From Blepharisma stoltei ATCC 30299 (lineage: Eukaryota; Protista; Ciliophora), in NCBI GenBank assembly GCA_965603825.1, contig CBFDEM010000036.1, forward strand, positions 496,001-560,000: DNA of 64,000 nucleotides, read 5' to 3'. The translations under genes and the position numbers were made by a program. The notes under the pieces were generated by a model. It saw only the letters and a program-made list of their open reading frames with translations, ran no database searches and had not been told where the DNA came from. Position 1 is the first letter of the stretch. Every line of letters starts with the position of its first letter. Shown piece by piece: positions 36,153 through 47,502 of the stretch.

Positions 36153-37652
36153 ATGGAAGATCGAACTTATTACTGACTGTTAAACCTCCTCTCATCAAAA
36201 TCAAACTCACTAAATCTACTAGAGACTTATGTTATTTGTGATCAAAGACCTTCTTTCTTTTACGCAAAAACAAAAGGGAGAACGATTTCAAAAATCCAAG
36301 AAAGTTCGAATTTGCATGATCTTCTGTGCGAGATATATAAAAATCATGCATGAAAGCAAAAAATTAAAGATTCGGGATCACTGGTATGTTATTTTTTATA
36401 TCAGAAAGATAGAAAAAGGATTTTTGAAGCAGATCTAAAAGAAACAATTTCAGCACCTTGAATTCCTAATTTAAATTATATTCAAATAGCAAGGCCAAAT
36501 GCTGAAATTTACGAAATTATTTACAATTTACGAATGGAATACACAACGAAAGGCTATGTTACTAATCTATCACGGGTTATTGAAAATGAAATCACTTCAG
36601 CTGACTGTTCTCAAATTTATGATCAAGCCTGCGATGCTGCTTTAACATTAATGATACTAATAGAAGAATCAGAAACCAAACGCGTCATGATTCTTGACGT
36701 TGATTTTATTGAGGATATTGAAAAAAGCATATGAATTTCTTTTACTAGAGAAATAAAAATAGCAGAACCGGAATTATGCCTACAAGTAAAAATTGAACAG
36801 CCATCTGATTTAAATGATATCAAAGTTACTAGCTATGCTGAAGAAAAACTGACAAAATTGGTAAACGGAGAAGCAATCACCAAAAAACCTACAAAAATTT
36901 CTAAAAAAATAAAAGACTTGAAATATACTGTACAAAGAGGACATATAAGAAATAAAGCGAGCATTTTAAGCAGCCCTATCAAAATTCTGAGATCTGGAGA
37001 GCTAAAACTTGGAGAATCTCATAGTGATAAAGAGCTAGTAGAAACCAATGAGCCTGAACCTTTCCATAAATCTTTTAATTCCATGAGCCCCACATGCAAA
37101 GAAGTGAATAGTTTAGATCTTGGCTTTGAGGGAAAGAAAAAAGAAGCGCTGTATAAAGAAATCCAAAAATGCCCGGAAATGAGATCTATGCTGAGGAGAG
37201 CTGGATATATAGATGTGCTGCAAGATATTAGCAAATATTCACTAAAGAACGCTTTGAGGAGTCCTCAGAGAGAGGTAAGTGAGGATAAAATTGAAACGAA
37301 GAGCAAAAGAAAGTTTGACTCTTGCTCGAGGAAAAATAGATTAAAATGCCCTTTACCTCCAAGCGGATCTAAAACAGCAAGAAGTCATGACATTAGTAGC
37401 TTGAGTTCAGAGCTGCAGAGTCCTGGCATAGCTAACTTAAGCAAAACTTTCAATTTCAAGTCATCTAAAAATCTGTTTAGAATAAAGTCGAAGGTCAATA
37501 AGAAAAAGTTTAAATACGTAAGTAGCCCAGGAAGTGCAAACTATACACCCAGGACAAACTCAGAAGTCGAAGAAGAATTAAAATCGCATTCTTATCTTAC
37601 TAATACTGTAAATATAAGCCCAGAAAAATCAAGAGATAATACTTTTAATTAA
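36153..37652 (+). CDS. Hypothetical protein (~499 aa)
   Basis: Single frame from ATG 36153 through several TGA to TAA 37650-37652. Confidence 0.7.
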
Positions 37653-37661
37653 TGTTAATAA

Positions 37662-38570
37662 ATGTCAATTGTAAAGAATTCAGCCCACTCAATATCAAGG
37701 GATTTAATCCATGTCTCAATAGACAATGATGCTTTAGATGCTCTTATTGCAAGAATTCAAGCAAATAACTCAAAGCCAACTCCTTGAAATGACTGGCAAA
37801 GTCATTATAAAGGAGTTAACAAAGTCAATTACATTTTTGCATTAGATGCTTTGAATTTTTGTTTTTGGCCAAAGCCAGGATTTGAATATGACAATTTGGC
37901 TGGAAACTTAAAAGCTTTAATGGAAAGAGACCCGAATATTCTTTCTCCAAACTCAATCGCAGCTATGACTGATGAGTTCATTCAGCAAGAAATCTTTCAA
38001 GATGCTAGTTTTCCTTTAATCAATGAAAGATGCAGACTTTTGAGAGAAATTGGAGAGCAAACAATAAAATGCTATGCTGGAGATTTCAATAATATTTTAA
38101 ATTCCTGTCAAAACAGCTCAGAAAAGGTAAGAACTATTTAGCTTGTTGAAATTATTACAGCAATATTCCCAGGTTTTCGAGACTCCTGTGTATATAGAGG
38201 CAGGCAAGCATTCTTTTACAAAAGAGCACAAATCTTAGTAGCAGATTTATACGCATCAGGAGCTTATGAATTTAATGATATTGAGAAAATCACAATGTTC
38301 CCTGACTATAGAGTTCCTCAATTGCTAAATACGTATGGGGTATTAAAATATTCCCAAAAATTACAAAATAAAATTGATTCCAAAATTCTCATTCAAGTAG
38401 GGTCTGAAATGGAAGTTGAAATCCGAGCAGCAACAGTCAAAGCATGCGACATAATTTCATCAAGACTAGACAGAATTCCAATTGAGGTTGATCATTTATT
38501 ATGGCAAATGGGAGAGCTCTCACTCAATACTCTTAAAGAGCACCATAGAACTTTAACGATCTTTTATTAG
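37662..38570 (+). CDS. QNG1: Queuosine 5'-phosphate N-glycosylase/hydrolase (Q salvage, DUF2419)
   Basis: DALNFCFWP, FPGFRD, FYKRAQILVADL, MFPDYRVPQ, HHRTLTIFY; intron 38127-38141. Confidence 0.94.
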
Positions 38571-38587
38571 TTTTTATGAAATATGAA

Positions 38588-39001
38588 TTACTTATTTCTT
38601 TCTTCCAAGTACTTGTAATAAATATATATTTGTTCTTGATTTATTTGCATATGCTTTATCCTTTCATTATGAGCAACAGATGATATGTCAATGATCTTAT
38701 TTCTATTATATTTATCAAGCTGGTGATCTAAATAACTTGGTGTTACAAGGCCTTTAAAACGGAATATTCCTGTCCATAAATAAAAATCAAAAATACTTCT
38801 TCCTAAAGTAAAAAAGCAGTATGCTACAATCCATAGTGTGACTTTCACAGATAAATCCTTACTTCTTCTCGCACAATATGTAAGTCAGTACTCGTAAGTT
38901 GTTCTATGAGTCCTTTCGATTCTTCTTCCTATTTTCCTTAGCCTTGCGAATACCTTTGCATAAGCATTATCAATAGCCTTATCGATATACTTGAACACCA
39001 T
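38588..39001 (-). CDS. Small single-TM hypothetical protein
   Basis: ATG 39001, one TGA, TAA 38588. Confidence 0.65.
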
Positions 39002-39013
39002 TTTATAATCAAA

Positions 39014-39898
39014 ATGGAAAGGACAAACTTCAATCAAAGAATGCATCCCCTTAATAAGTACTTAAACCATCGGCCTGACTATTTAGCGCTTTCAAAGAAA
39101 TATCATTGGTTTGCTAAGCAGTAATATAAAGTCAGTGTGAAAGGAAGAGCCCTTGATTATTCGTCTGATGAAGCTTGCAATGCACTAGTCAAAGTTCTGC
39201 TTTTAGAAGATTTTAATATAAAATATTGGAAAATTCCTGATGGGTATTTGGTTCCCACAGTTCCACAAAGATTGAATTATTTATGCTGAATTAAGGAAAT
39301 ATTGCAAAAAAATGATCCAGTGATTTTGGATATGTAAAAATAATTTAGAGGAACTGGGGCTAGCTTGATTTATCCTTTATTAGGGGTAGCGGAATTTAAT
39401 TGAAATTTTGTGGCAACTGATATTGATGAGATTGCCATACAAAATGCTAGAAAAATAATTGAAAAAAATGAGCTGGAAGGCAAAATTATGCTGATAAAAG
39501 TTGAAAAAACGCAGATAATAAGAGAAATTACACAGAATTTCGATGTATCAATTTGCAATCCCCCATTTTATAGCTCTGATTATAATGCAGAAAGCTTAAA
39601 TGGGTATGGAGGGAGATCAAATGAAATGAAAACTCCTGGAGGAGAATGCAAGTTTATAGGAGATTATATTGATGAATCATGGGGGAAAAGACAAGAAGTA
39701 GAATGGTTTACAACACTTGTTGGAGTCAAATCCCATTTGAAAATAATGATGGATTATCTAAATACACAATTTTCAAATGTTTTAATAAAAACGACCACTT
39801 TTTACCAAGGAAAAACTCTCAGATGGGGTTTGGCTTGGAAATTTATTGAAAAAACTATAACTATAGAAGAAGATAATAGCTCTCAATCTGATAATTAA
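39014..39898 (+). CDS. METTL16: METTL16-family U6 snRNA m6A methyltransferase, ~284 aa
   Basis: MHPLNKY, LVPTVPQRLNY, LDIGTGASLIYPLL, CNPPFY, QGKTLRWGLAW; introns 39121-39135 and 39334-39348. Confidence 0.93.
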
Positions 39899-39983
39899 TT
39901 GTTTTCTGCAAAATAATTAATTCAAGATTTTTAATTATTTGCCGCTTTTGTAATTTTCTTAGTTTTTTATTCTTTATCCTCAA

Positions 39984-40583
39984 TTATCTAATATTCAAGC
40001 AATTCAATGCCAACAGCATATCTATAGCTGAATGCTTAGGGGTAAAATTTTCAGAATCCATTTCAAACTTTTGATGATACTCTATTACAATTTCATTCAG
40101 CTTCGCCTTTGGATCCAAATATCCAATAAATTCAGATATGCTTGGTCTCCCATAGGATAAATACTTAATCCCGGCAAACTCAATTTCGGCTACCAAGTAT
40201 CTTGTTTCGCTTCCTACAAAAGCAAGCCCAAACCTTATTTTGAAATCGCCGAGTTCGTATTCTTTTCCATTAATATTAAATTGCTGCCTAACCTTGAAGC
40301 ATTGGATATTTTCAATAAAGCTAGAAAGGTTCATGTCTCCTTGCATTATTTTATATGAAGTTTCTTCTTTAAGGCTGCGCAATACAACTATTTGAGATAA
40401 TGGAAGACTGACGAGTAGCAAAGAGCATGGGTTCGCGTCGAGATTTTTATGATACATCACTGATACGTTTACATTTCAATTTCCTTTCTCTTGGGCTTGC
40501 ATTAATTCTAGATAGCTTTGCAATCGTTGCAGCTCCTTAGTTAAATTTTTCCCAGAATATCTGTAAGTCCTTGTGACACCCAT
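39984..40583 (-). CDS. MED20: Mediator subunit 20
   Basis: MGVT start, KGNW(TGA)NV, INGKEYELGDFKIRFG, VAEIEF. Confidence 0.8.
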
Positions 40584-40803
40584 TTAGAAATAATATTTTA
40601 ATTAAACCCTGATCTTTTCATTAGAAAGTTTGATTTCCTATTACTGAAATTCATTTTTAATATAACTTCTTCTAATATTTAGATAAAAATCTAATTTTCA
40701 CATTTTATCAACTACATCTTCATTATTATCAAAAAGATTTACAATTAAATTTATTCAAATTCGCCAAACTCGCTTAAAAGTATCTAGAAGACTTATAAAA
40801 TAA

Positions 40804-41421
40804 ATGGCATACGATAAACCAGCAGAAAACCCTGTCATTTTAAACCATAGAGATATTGGTGCTGCAGGGTTCCAGACAAGCTTGCCGAACTCTGTTGAAC
40901 GAATGTGGATGGTGGGCAGAGCTATTAATTTCGACTTTACTAACTATAACAAGTTCTACAGCAACCCAGACAAAGGAACAAAGAATAGATACTTGAAGAA
41001 CTTCATGAGGTTCATCGACTCTCCAATCAACTATGTATTTTGGCATACTCTTCCTTATTGGCAAACTGGCAAATTCAAGTTCCTCATTGCTTGGTGGATG
41101 GTGACATATGGAGGCGTGTTCATTATTAGTGGCAGACTCAGGACCCAAGCGGCAGCAATGGATGCAGGTGAGTCAACATATAAAGGGCATACTATGTGGG
41201 AATTTCCAGTTGAAACATATTCTCAAAGCAAGATGATGACCTTCTACTTCCATGACCACGAATACAACGGAGATAAAGGCAAAATCAGCCAGAAAGCAGC
41301 ACTTCCAAGCCAAAAGTTTTGCAGGCTGAACAACTATGTTAGAGATCAGAACTTTAGAAAATATTTCGCTCACAGAGAGCGTAGAGAAGTTGATCCATTC
41401 ACTGGAGCACCAAAAAAATAA
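40804..41421 (+). CDS. Mitochondrial membrane protein, probably alveolate-type ATP synthase subunit f
   Basis: PDKGTKNRYLKNFMRFIDSPINYVFW and RDQNFRKYF resemble the Tetrahymena subunit f as recalled; one TM; needs a search to confirm. Confidence 0.6.
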   Translation: MAYDKPAENPVILNHRDIGAAGFQTSLPNSVERMWMVGRAINFDFTNYNKFYSNPDKGTKNRYLKNFMRFIDSPINYVFWHTLPYWQTGKFKFLIAWWMVTYGGVFIISGRLRTQAAAMDAGESTYKGHTMWEFPVETYSQSKMMTFYFHDHEYNGDKGKISQKAALPSQKFCRLNNYVRDQNFRKYFAHRERREVDPFTGAPKK

Positions 41422-41545
41422 GCTAAGCTGATTTATGAGCTAGAAATGTGTAGATAAATCTTATAAAGTGTAGCTTCAATGTTTGTTGAATATTTTATTG
41501 CTAAATTTATTCAATATTTCTTTTCATAATCCTCAAAAATACAAA

Positions 41546-43054
41546 ATGCAAGGAGGTTACATGACCAAAGACCACCGATTAAAAGTGGCCCAACAAATCC
41601 GTCAAACTCATTTCAAGCTGGGTGGAGGAACCCTTGAGTACCAGACAACTGCAGGCACCAGTTTCAAATTCAAGCCAGAATCCATGAGTGTTGCAGATCA
41701 AGAACATATAAAAAATATCAGGAAGTCCCACTTCAAGATTGGCCCTGAAAAATCTAGCACCGCTCCCTTATCTGAAGCAATGGCTCAATACAAGCCACAT
41801 CAAGCTCAAGAAATGGCCCATCAAGCTGAGGTAAAAACTGACCTAAGACGTCACCATTTTACCCTTGGCATGCAGACTCCCTCATATGCAACTACTTCAT
41901 CAGCCGCTTTTTTTGAAAAGCCACCTATAGAGTTCAATGGCGTCAAAGGCTCTGACAGAGAAAAATACTTACGCAGACACAATTTCAAATTTGGGGATGA
42001 CCCTGACACAGTGAAATCTGTTTTTAAGGCTGACTATGGAGTAAAACCACTGCAAGGAGGAAGCGATACTAATTTATTAAGGCTAAAAGAAGACTTAAGA
42101 ACTTCGCATTTCCAGATAGGAAATGCAGCTGTGAACTATATGAGCACGACACAGAGAGAATTCGGAGCGAAAAATGGAGAGAAATCACAGCTGAATGCAG
42201 GGCTGCTCAAGGATTTGAGAAGGGAGCACTTTACTTTGGGGAGCGATAAAGTGTTGATGCATTCAACAAGTCATGCGAATTTCAATGAGAAATCTGATGG
42301 AAAGCAAAGCTTAAATGTAGAGAAACTGCAAGATTTAAGGTCTTCGCATTTCAATCTAGGCGGTGACAAGCCTTCTTATGCTACGAATTCATTCGCTTCC
42401 TTCAAGCCAGCTAGTGCGAATTTGGAGAAGCCAATGCATACTTCAGTTTCCTTAAGAAAGTCCCATTTTCAGCTTGGTGAGGATCAGCCTCAATACGGGA
42501 CTTCTTATAACCTAACTCATTCTGGAGCGCAGCTTCCAAGCACAGGAAAAGTCCGTGATCACTCAGCAGACTGGTCTTCCCACATAGCTTTAGGATCTGA
42601 AGCCCATTATCCTTTAACCACTTCTCAAGCTTCGTACAGGCCAAATACCGAAGGAACTGGATCACTTGACCCAAAACTCACGAAAGAGCTGCGATCTCAC
42701 CATTTCAAGCTGGGGGCTGAAGGAAATCATTATAAAACAACCTCAGGAGATTATGGGACTGGAAAAGGGGAAAAAAGCCAAATTGATAAAGCACTATTGG
42801 GAGACTTGAGAACGCATCATTTTAATTATGGGTCTGATCCTCCTCACTTTGTGTCGTCAAATATGAAAGACTTTAAACCTACTAACGGAGACCACCCGAA
42901 GCCAGATCCAGTTTTAATGAAAAATCTGAGAAAGCACCACTTTAAGATGGGGCAAGATCCTGACCCTGGCACGACTGAACAGAGAGACCGGTATAGATGG
43001 GTGCAGCCAGTGCCAGATAATGATTATCATTATTCAATAGAAAATATAAGCTAA
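41546..43054 (+). CDS. Repeat protein, SAXO5/TEX45-like axonemal microtubule inner protein
   Basis: 12 copies of LRxxHFxLG followed by (Y)xTT...F/Y at ~40-aa period. Confidence 0.75.
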   Translation: MQGGYMTKDHRLKVAQQIRQTHFKLGGGTLEYQTTAGTSFKFKPESMSVADQEHIKNIRKSHFKIGPEKSSTAPLSEAMAQYKPHQAQEMAHQAEVKTDLRRHHFTLGMQTPSYATTSSAAFFEKPPIEFNGVKGSDREKYLRRHNFKFGDDPDTVKSVFKADYGVKPLQGGSDTNLLRLKEDLRTSHFQIGNAAVNYMSTTQREFGAKNGEKSQLNAGLLKDLRREHFTLGSDKVLMHSTSHANFNEKSDGKQSLNVEKLQDLRSSHFNLGGDKPSYATNSFASFKPASANLEKPMHTSVSLRKSHFQLGEDQPQYGTSYNLTHSGAQLPSTGKVRDHSADWSSHIALGSEAHYPLTTSQASYRPNTEGTGSLDPKLTKELRSHHFKLGAEGNHYKTTSGDYGTGKGEKSQIDKALLGDLRTHHFNYGSDPPHFVSSNMKDFKPTNGDHPKPDPVLMKNLRKHHFKMGQDPDPGTTEQRDRYRWVQPVPDNDYHYSIENIS

Positions 43055-43114
43055 AAGAGATTAACAATAATGCGAAATATATTTTATTTAATTAACGTTT
43101 TAAGATTGAATTAG

Positions 43115-44069
43115 CTAAAATTTGATTCCTATTTCATCTAAAGCCTTTTCAGCCTCGCTTACAAGCTTCTGTATCATTGTTGAGTCTTCTACCCTCTGCG
43201 CATTTTTCAGTCATATATAAGCAATCAAAGGATTTGCTGCGAATTCGCCTCTGCCATTCAGAAAAATGATACCAAGGTTGATTATAGAAGGATAAAACGC
43301 GTTTTTTGCAGCTTGGTAAAACCATGCCACAGCTTTCCTTATGTCTCCTTGCTCATTATAATAAACCCCTAAATTATGTTGTGCTTCATTCAGTCCTAAC
43401 TCAGCAGCTAATTTCATATACTTAAAATACATCTCTTTGTCTTCTTTAACTAAATACCTGCATAAAAATCACCATTGTGATAGCTTGAAAAATGCTTTAG
43501 GGTCATCTTCATTTGCAGCTCTGGCGATTCATCCCTCTGCTTGCTGTTTATTGACTGGTCCACCTATTCCTTGCTCATGCGCCATTCCGAAGTAGTAATA
43601 AGAAGGGGCATAAGAACTGGCTGCGCATTCAGACAAATATTGGCGTGATAGCACTTCCATTTGCTTTTGGGTTGATGGGTTGGCTTTTTTATTGATTTTC
43701 ATTAGCTCTTTTCCCATAGCAAACTAGCATAGACTTTACCTTTGCAACTATGTAATCTTCTCTGCAAAGCACGCTAAGCTCGTTATTGGCTTCCTTCAAC
43801 AATTGAGGCTTTCCTGTTTCAACTGCTTCAATTTTTTTAAGCTGAGCGATAGAGAACTGAATTTGGTTTAATTGGTCTAAAGAGCGAGAATTAACTGCTG
43901 CTGCATCAAGAAGCTTAAAAGCCATATCGCGATTTTTAGGAAATACTATATAGAAATTACCTTGAGTCCCTATAAACATGCGTACAGCCAACCTGCATAA
44001 TTTTTTTGTTGGCACATACGCAGCAACTCGAGCCATTGTGTCGTTCCAAAAATACTCCCGAATACTCAT
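43115..44069 (-). CDS. Sel1-repeat protein
   Basis: AQHNLGVYY, AVAWFYQAA, AYIW(TGA)L; introns 43724-43739 and probably 43458-43472. Confidence 0.85.
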
Positions 44070-44119
44070 CTTTCTGCCTAAAAACTATTTTTCACTAAAT
44101 TCTTCTTATATTAGTTAAA

Positions 44120-45751
44120 ATGTCAGCATTAAAAGAAGAATGGGCGAATCTAATGAAATTAAGAGGATCTGGACGTGTAGAAGAGAATAAAACAGAAGAC
44201 ATAAAGAGCAGGCTTTTTCAAACCTTCCACCACATGCTGAAAGACCATGTAACTGATTTTCCGTCAGAGTTCAACAAAGTTCAAGTTAAGCCAGAATTTG
44301 AAGCGTTAAGAACTAAAGTTCAAGGCGTTTTTCAAGGAATTATAGAAAGGGACCAAGATAGTAAGAACAAAATTAATAAGCAGTTCACCTTCGGCTTGAA
44401 CCCACAAAGAAGCAAATCTCCTATCCCAACAATGCCAAAGCCAAAAAACGAAAATATTGATATAAAGAAAGGCATTGACAGTATTTGGAAAACTGAGGAA
44501 ATTCCAATGAAAAATTTTGAAGATAATTTCCCTGAACCAAAATTTGAAATATTTTCTATTGCAAATAAGGATTCGGCTATCAAGCACACAGAACTGCTTG
44601 ATAGAGAAATAAGCATTTTTGGTGATTTGTCACCTGTAGCTAGATTTATGACGAATATAGCTACTGAAGAAGAAGACCAGCTCTTGTCTGGGAAAAATAA
44701 CCAATCTGAGTTGTTTTCACAAGTTCATCTATTACAAATTGATATATCCAAAATAAATCTAGATAAAATTGAATGAGCTGACGCATCTCACATCACTTTG
44801 GGTAGGATTCCAAAGAAAACTTTATTGAGGAAGATTAAAAATTTGCCTGAAGAAACTGATTCAAGCATTACTGTTGCATCTCCTGTACAAGAAGAAAGCA
44901 CAAACATGATTAATAAAACAGTCAATGAAGCAGCTCAAAATTTACAAAATTCTTCTGAATTTCAGGTTCCACTGAAGAAAAATACGACTATGCCTAATAT
45001 GTATATTAGCGAAAACAATAATAAAAAAGATGATGAGCTCGAAGCCCAGCTAGAAGAAATGATGGAAATTATAAAATCCCAGCAAGAAGGTGACATTAAC
45101 GATATTGATGAAAAGCTTCAGCACTTGCTTGACTACATGAATACAAAAATTAAAAACAACCCCAACAACCCAAAAATCCTTGAATTTAAAATGATTTTTC
45201 AGTTTTTAACAGAATATAAAAAAGCGAGAGAAGGAAAAATCTATCATTCTAACAAGCAGCATATGAAGCCCGCAGTTCCCAAGATAAAACGATACTCTAA
45301 AGCTAAGCACTCACCTCCAAAGACTTCTCAGATGCCTCAGTCATCTTATTATTACTCTCCTAAATCAGGAGAGCAAGCCACCACAACAGTGATGAAAGAA
45401 GGCTGGAGTACGTCTTCAAAGCCAAGCGTTCTAAATGCCAGATACGCCCCTGTCAAAAAGCCTTCTACAAAGATCGCTGATTCGCCTAAATCTTATCAAT
45501 CTCGAGAAAGCCAAAGGAAGCACAGTTTCCATAATAATACCGCATCAAGCTCCAACAAAATGAAAAATAAGCCATTTTCGCCTCCTCCAGCCGAAGTCTG
45601 GATCGGTGGGTCCCGTCACCAGGTCGAAAATGATGAGGTTTGGATCGACTCTAAAAAAGCTTTTTCAAAGCAAAACGTGAAATCATTTGACCAGTCTGCT
45701 GAGTACGACGTGGTTGGGTCTAATGATATATTCAGAAATGATAAAAGATAA
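44120..45751 (+). CDS. Hypothetical protein
   Basis: Two in-frame ORFs joined by TGA 44774-44776. Confidence 0.75.
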
Positions 45752-45803
45752 GATTTTGAATAATAGCTAATATATCTCTTTTCGATGGTCTATTTAAAAA
45801 TTA

Positions 45804-46400
45804 ATGGCAGCAAACCTACCTGAATACAGTGAATGGAAGCAGCTGGTGGCTGATAATTGGGATTATTGGGAGTATTACAAGAACTTGTATAACTATAGCA
45901 TCCAGAAGCCAAGTAATACTTTTTGGACCTCAAAATTATACCCTAAGTATTATCAAGAGCGATTATTGAAGAAACAATATTCAGAGAATATGCAATTGCT
46001 TGGAAAAATTCACGAGGCTGAGCTTGAAGATTACGTTAAGCAGACTGGAGACGAGAACATGAGATTTATTTACAATTATCACATCAATGGCGCAAGGAAT
46101 GTTTACTTTGATTGGACTGCTACCTTAGGGTGCCTCGGTTTGGGATTTATATCATTTGCTATTGGAAAAAACAGCTCCTGGTCTATTGTTACTCCAGCTC
46201 TTGGAATGCTTTTTTATGGTGCTATAAAAAATAAAGCAGGAAGGTCTGGGATAGGAAGCATGGTAGATTTCACCAACTGGGTTGCTGAGCAGAGAAAAGC
46301 TAAACTCTGGCTTGCAGAAAGTCCACAGAAATTTGCGAAATTGCCTTCTTTGCCTGAGCTTCAAAAGCAAATAGTAAATTTGGTTAAGGACTTTAAGTAA
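45804..46400 (+). CDS. Aromatic-rich two-TM protein, possibly mitochondrial
   Basis: Intact 198-aa ORF, all 8 Trp coded by TGG. Confidence 0.75.
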   Translation: MAANLPEYSEWKQLVADNWDYWEYYKNLYNYSIQKPSNTFWTSKLYPKYYQERLLKKQYSENMQLLGKIHEAELEDYVKQTGDENMRFIYNYHINGARNVYFDWTATLGCLGLGFISFAIGKNSSWSIVTPALGMLFYGAIKNKAGRSGIGSMVDFTNWVAEQRKAKLWLAESPQKFAKLPSLPELQKQIVNLVKDFK

Positions 46401-46455
46401 TCCTAAAATTATTAGGCTATTTTTGGTTAAGGAATTATTAACGAAATGAGAAAAG

Positions 46456-46676
46456 CGCTTAAGCATATAAAACTCAGACATTGATTTGAATTGGACTTTG
46501 AAAGCAATGCTTTTTCAATACGGTCTGCTAATTTGCTAATCCATTAACGCATTATTTAGTTTAAACGGATACCAACAAATGATTTTACTAACTGCAGTAA
46601 GCATATCAAAAGGTCATATTGGAGAGCATTCATCTTTAAAGCTCAATCAAATCAGTCTGCAAGTTATATCATAGCG
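46456..46676 (+). other. Long imperfect inverted repeat / candidate structured RNA
   Basis: Arm 46475-46525 is complementary to 46612-46659 with G-U pairs and small bulges; outer extension to 46456/46676. Confidence 0.55.
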
Positions 46677-47502
46677 GTAAATTGGTAATGCAAGCAGTAG
46701 TTTAGAAATAAATTGTAATTATTATGGGCATATCTTATATAGATGATATATTTGCATTTTATAGCATTTTAATGCTATTGATGAGTAATAATAAAAATAA
46801 TAGAAATAACTTTTTTCCTGAAGAAACTTATTCTTTTGGATATTTTTAGAATCTCTTTCTTTATTAAAAATATATAAAAGCAAAAATAAATCTTAAAAAT
46901 TCAGTTAAAGGATTATTTATGCTAATAAATTATGAGAGAGACGGAAACTACATGCTCAAAAACTGAAATATTATGATAATTTATTTTATTATTGCTGATA
47001 AATTGTATTAAGACTAAATTCTTCAAAATTACTTGCTGTGTTGCAGTCAATCATATATGAAGCATCTTAATTAGAAAAAATTTCAAGGTTTGTATAGACC
47101 TTACACAAAAAAATTCTTTTTATTATGTTGAAATATATCTAGAGCAGAATGTCAAAACAATTAAATTTGTGTCATTTAGATTTAAGCTTGACATATAAAA
47201 AATTTGTTACAAATTTCTACTATAATAAGCATCTAATATTCTTCAACTTAAGAAAATAAGCAACTTACAAAAATTTCTAACAATAAATAGTAACACAATT
47301 TAGTAAATTTAAATTTAAAAAAAATATAAAATTCACTTTACTATTCAGCCTTAATTAAATTCACCATCACTGACTTAATGAAATATATGTATAAAATTAT
47401 CTTCGTAGGCTTGATTTCCTAATTACCCAGGTCTTCCTGCTACCTGATTATATAAAAAAGAAACAATTCTTTCCGATAATTATAGGTTCAACAAAACCCC
47501 AT

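Noticed and set aside
36384-36404. 21-nt GT...AG segment in the 36153 gene
   Set aside because: In frame, stop-free and of non-canonical length; no intron is needed
46445-46482. SECIS-like ATGA...AA...GA pattern
   Set aside because: Poor stem pairing, and the upstream gene has no TGA
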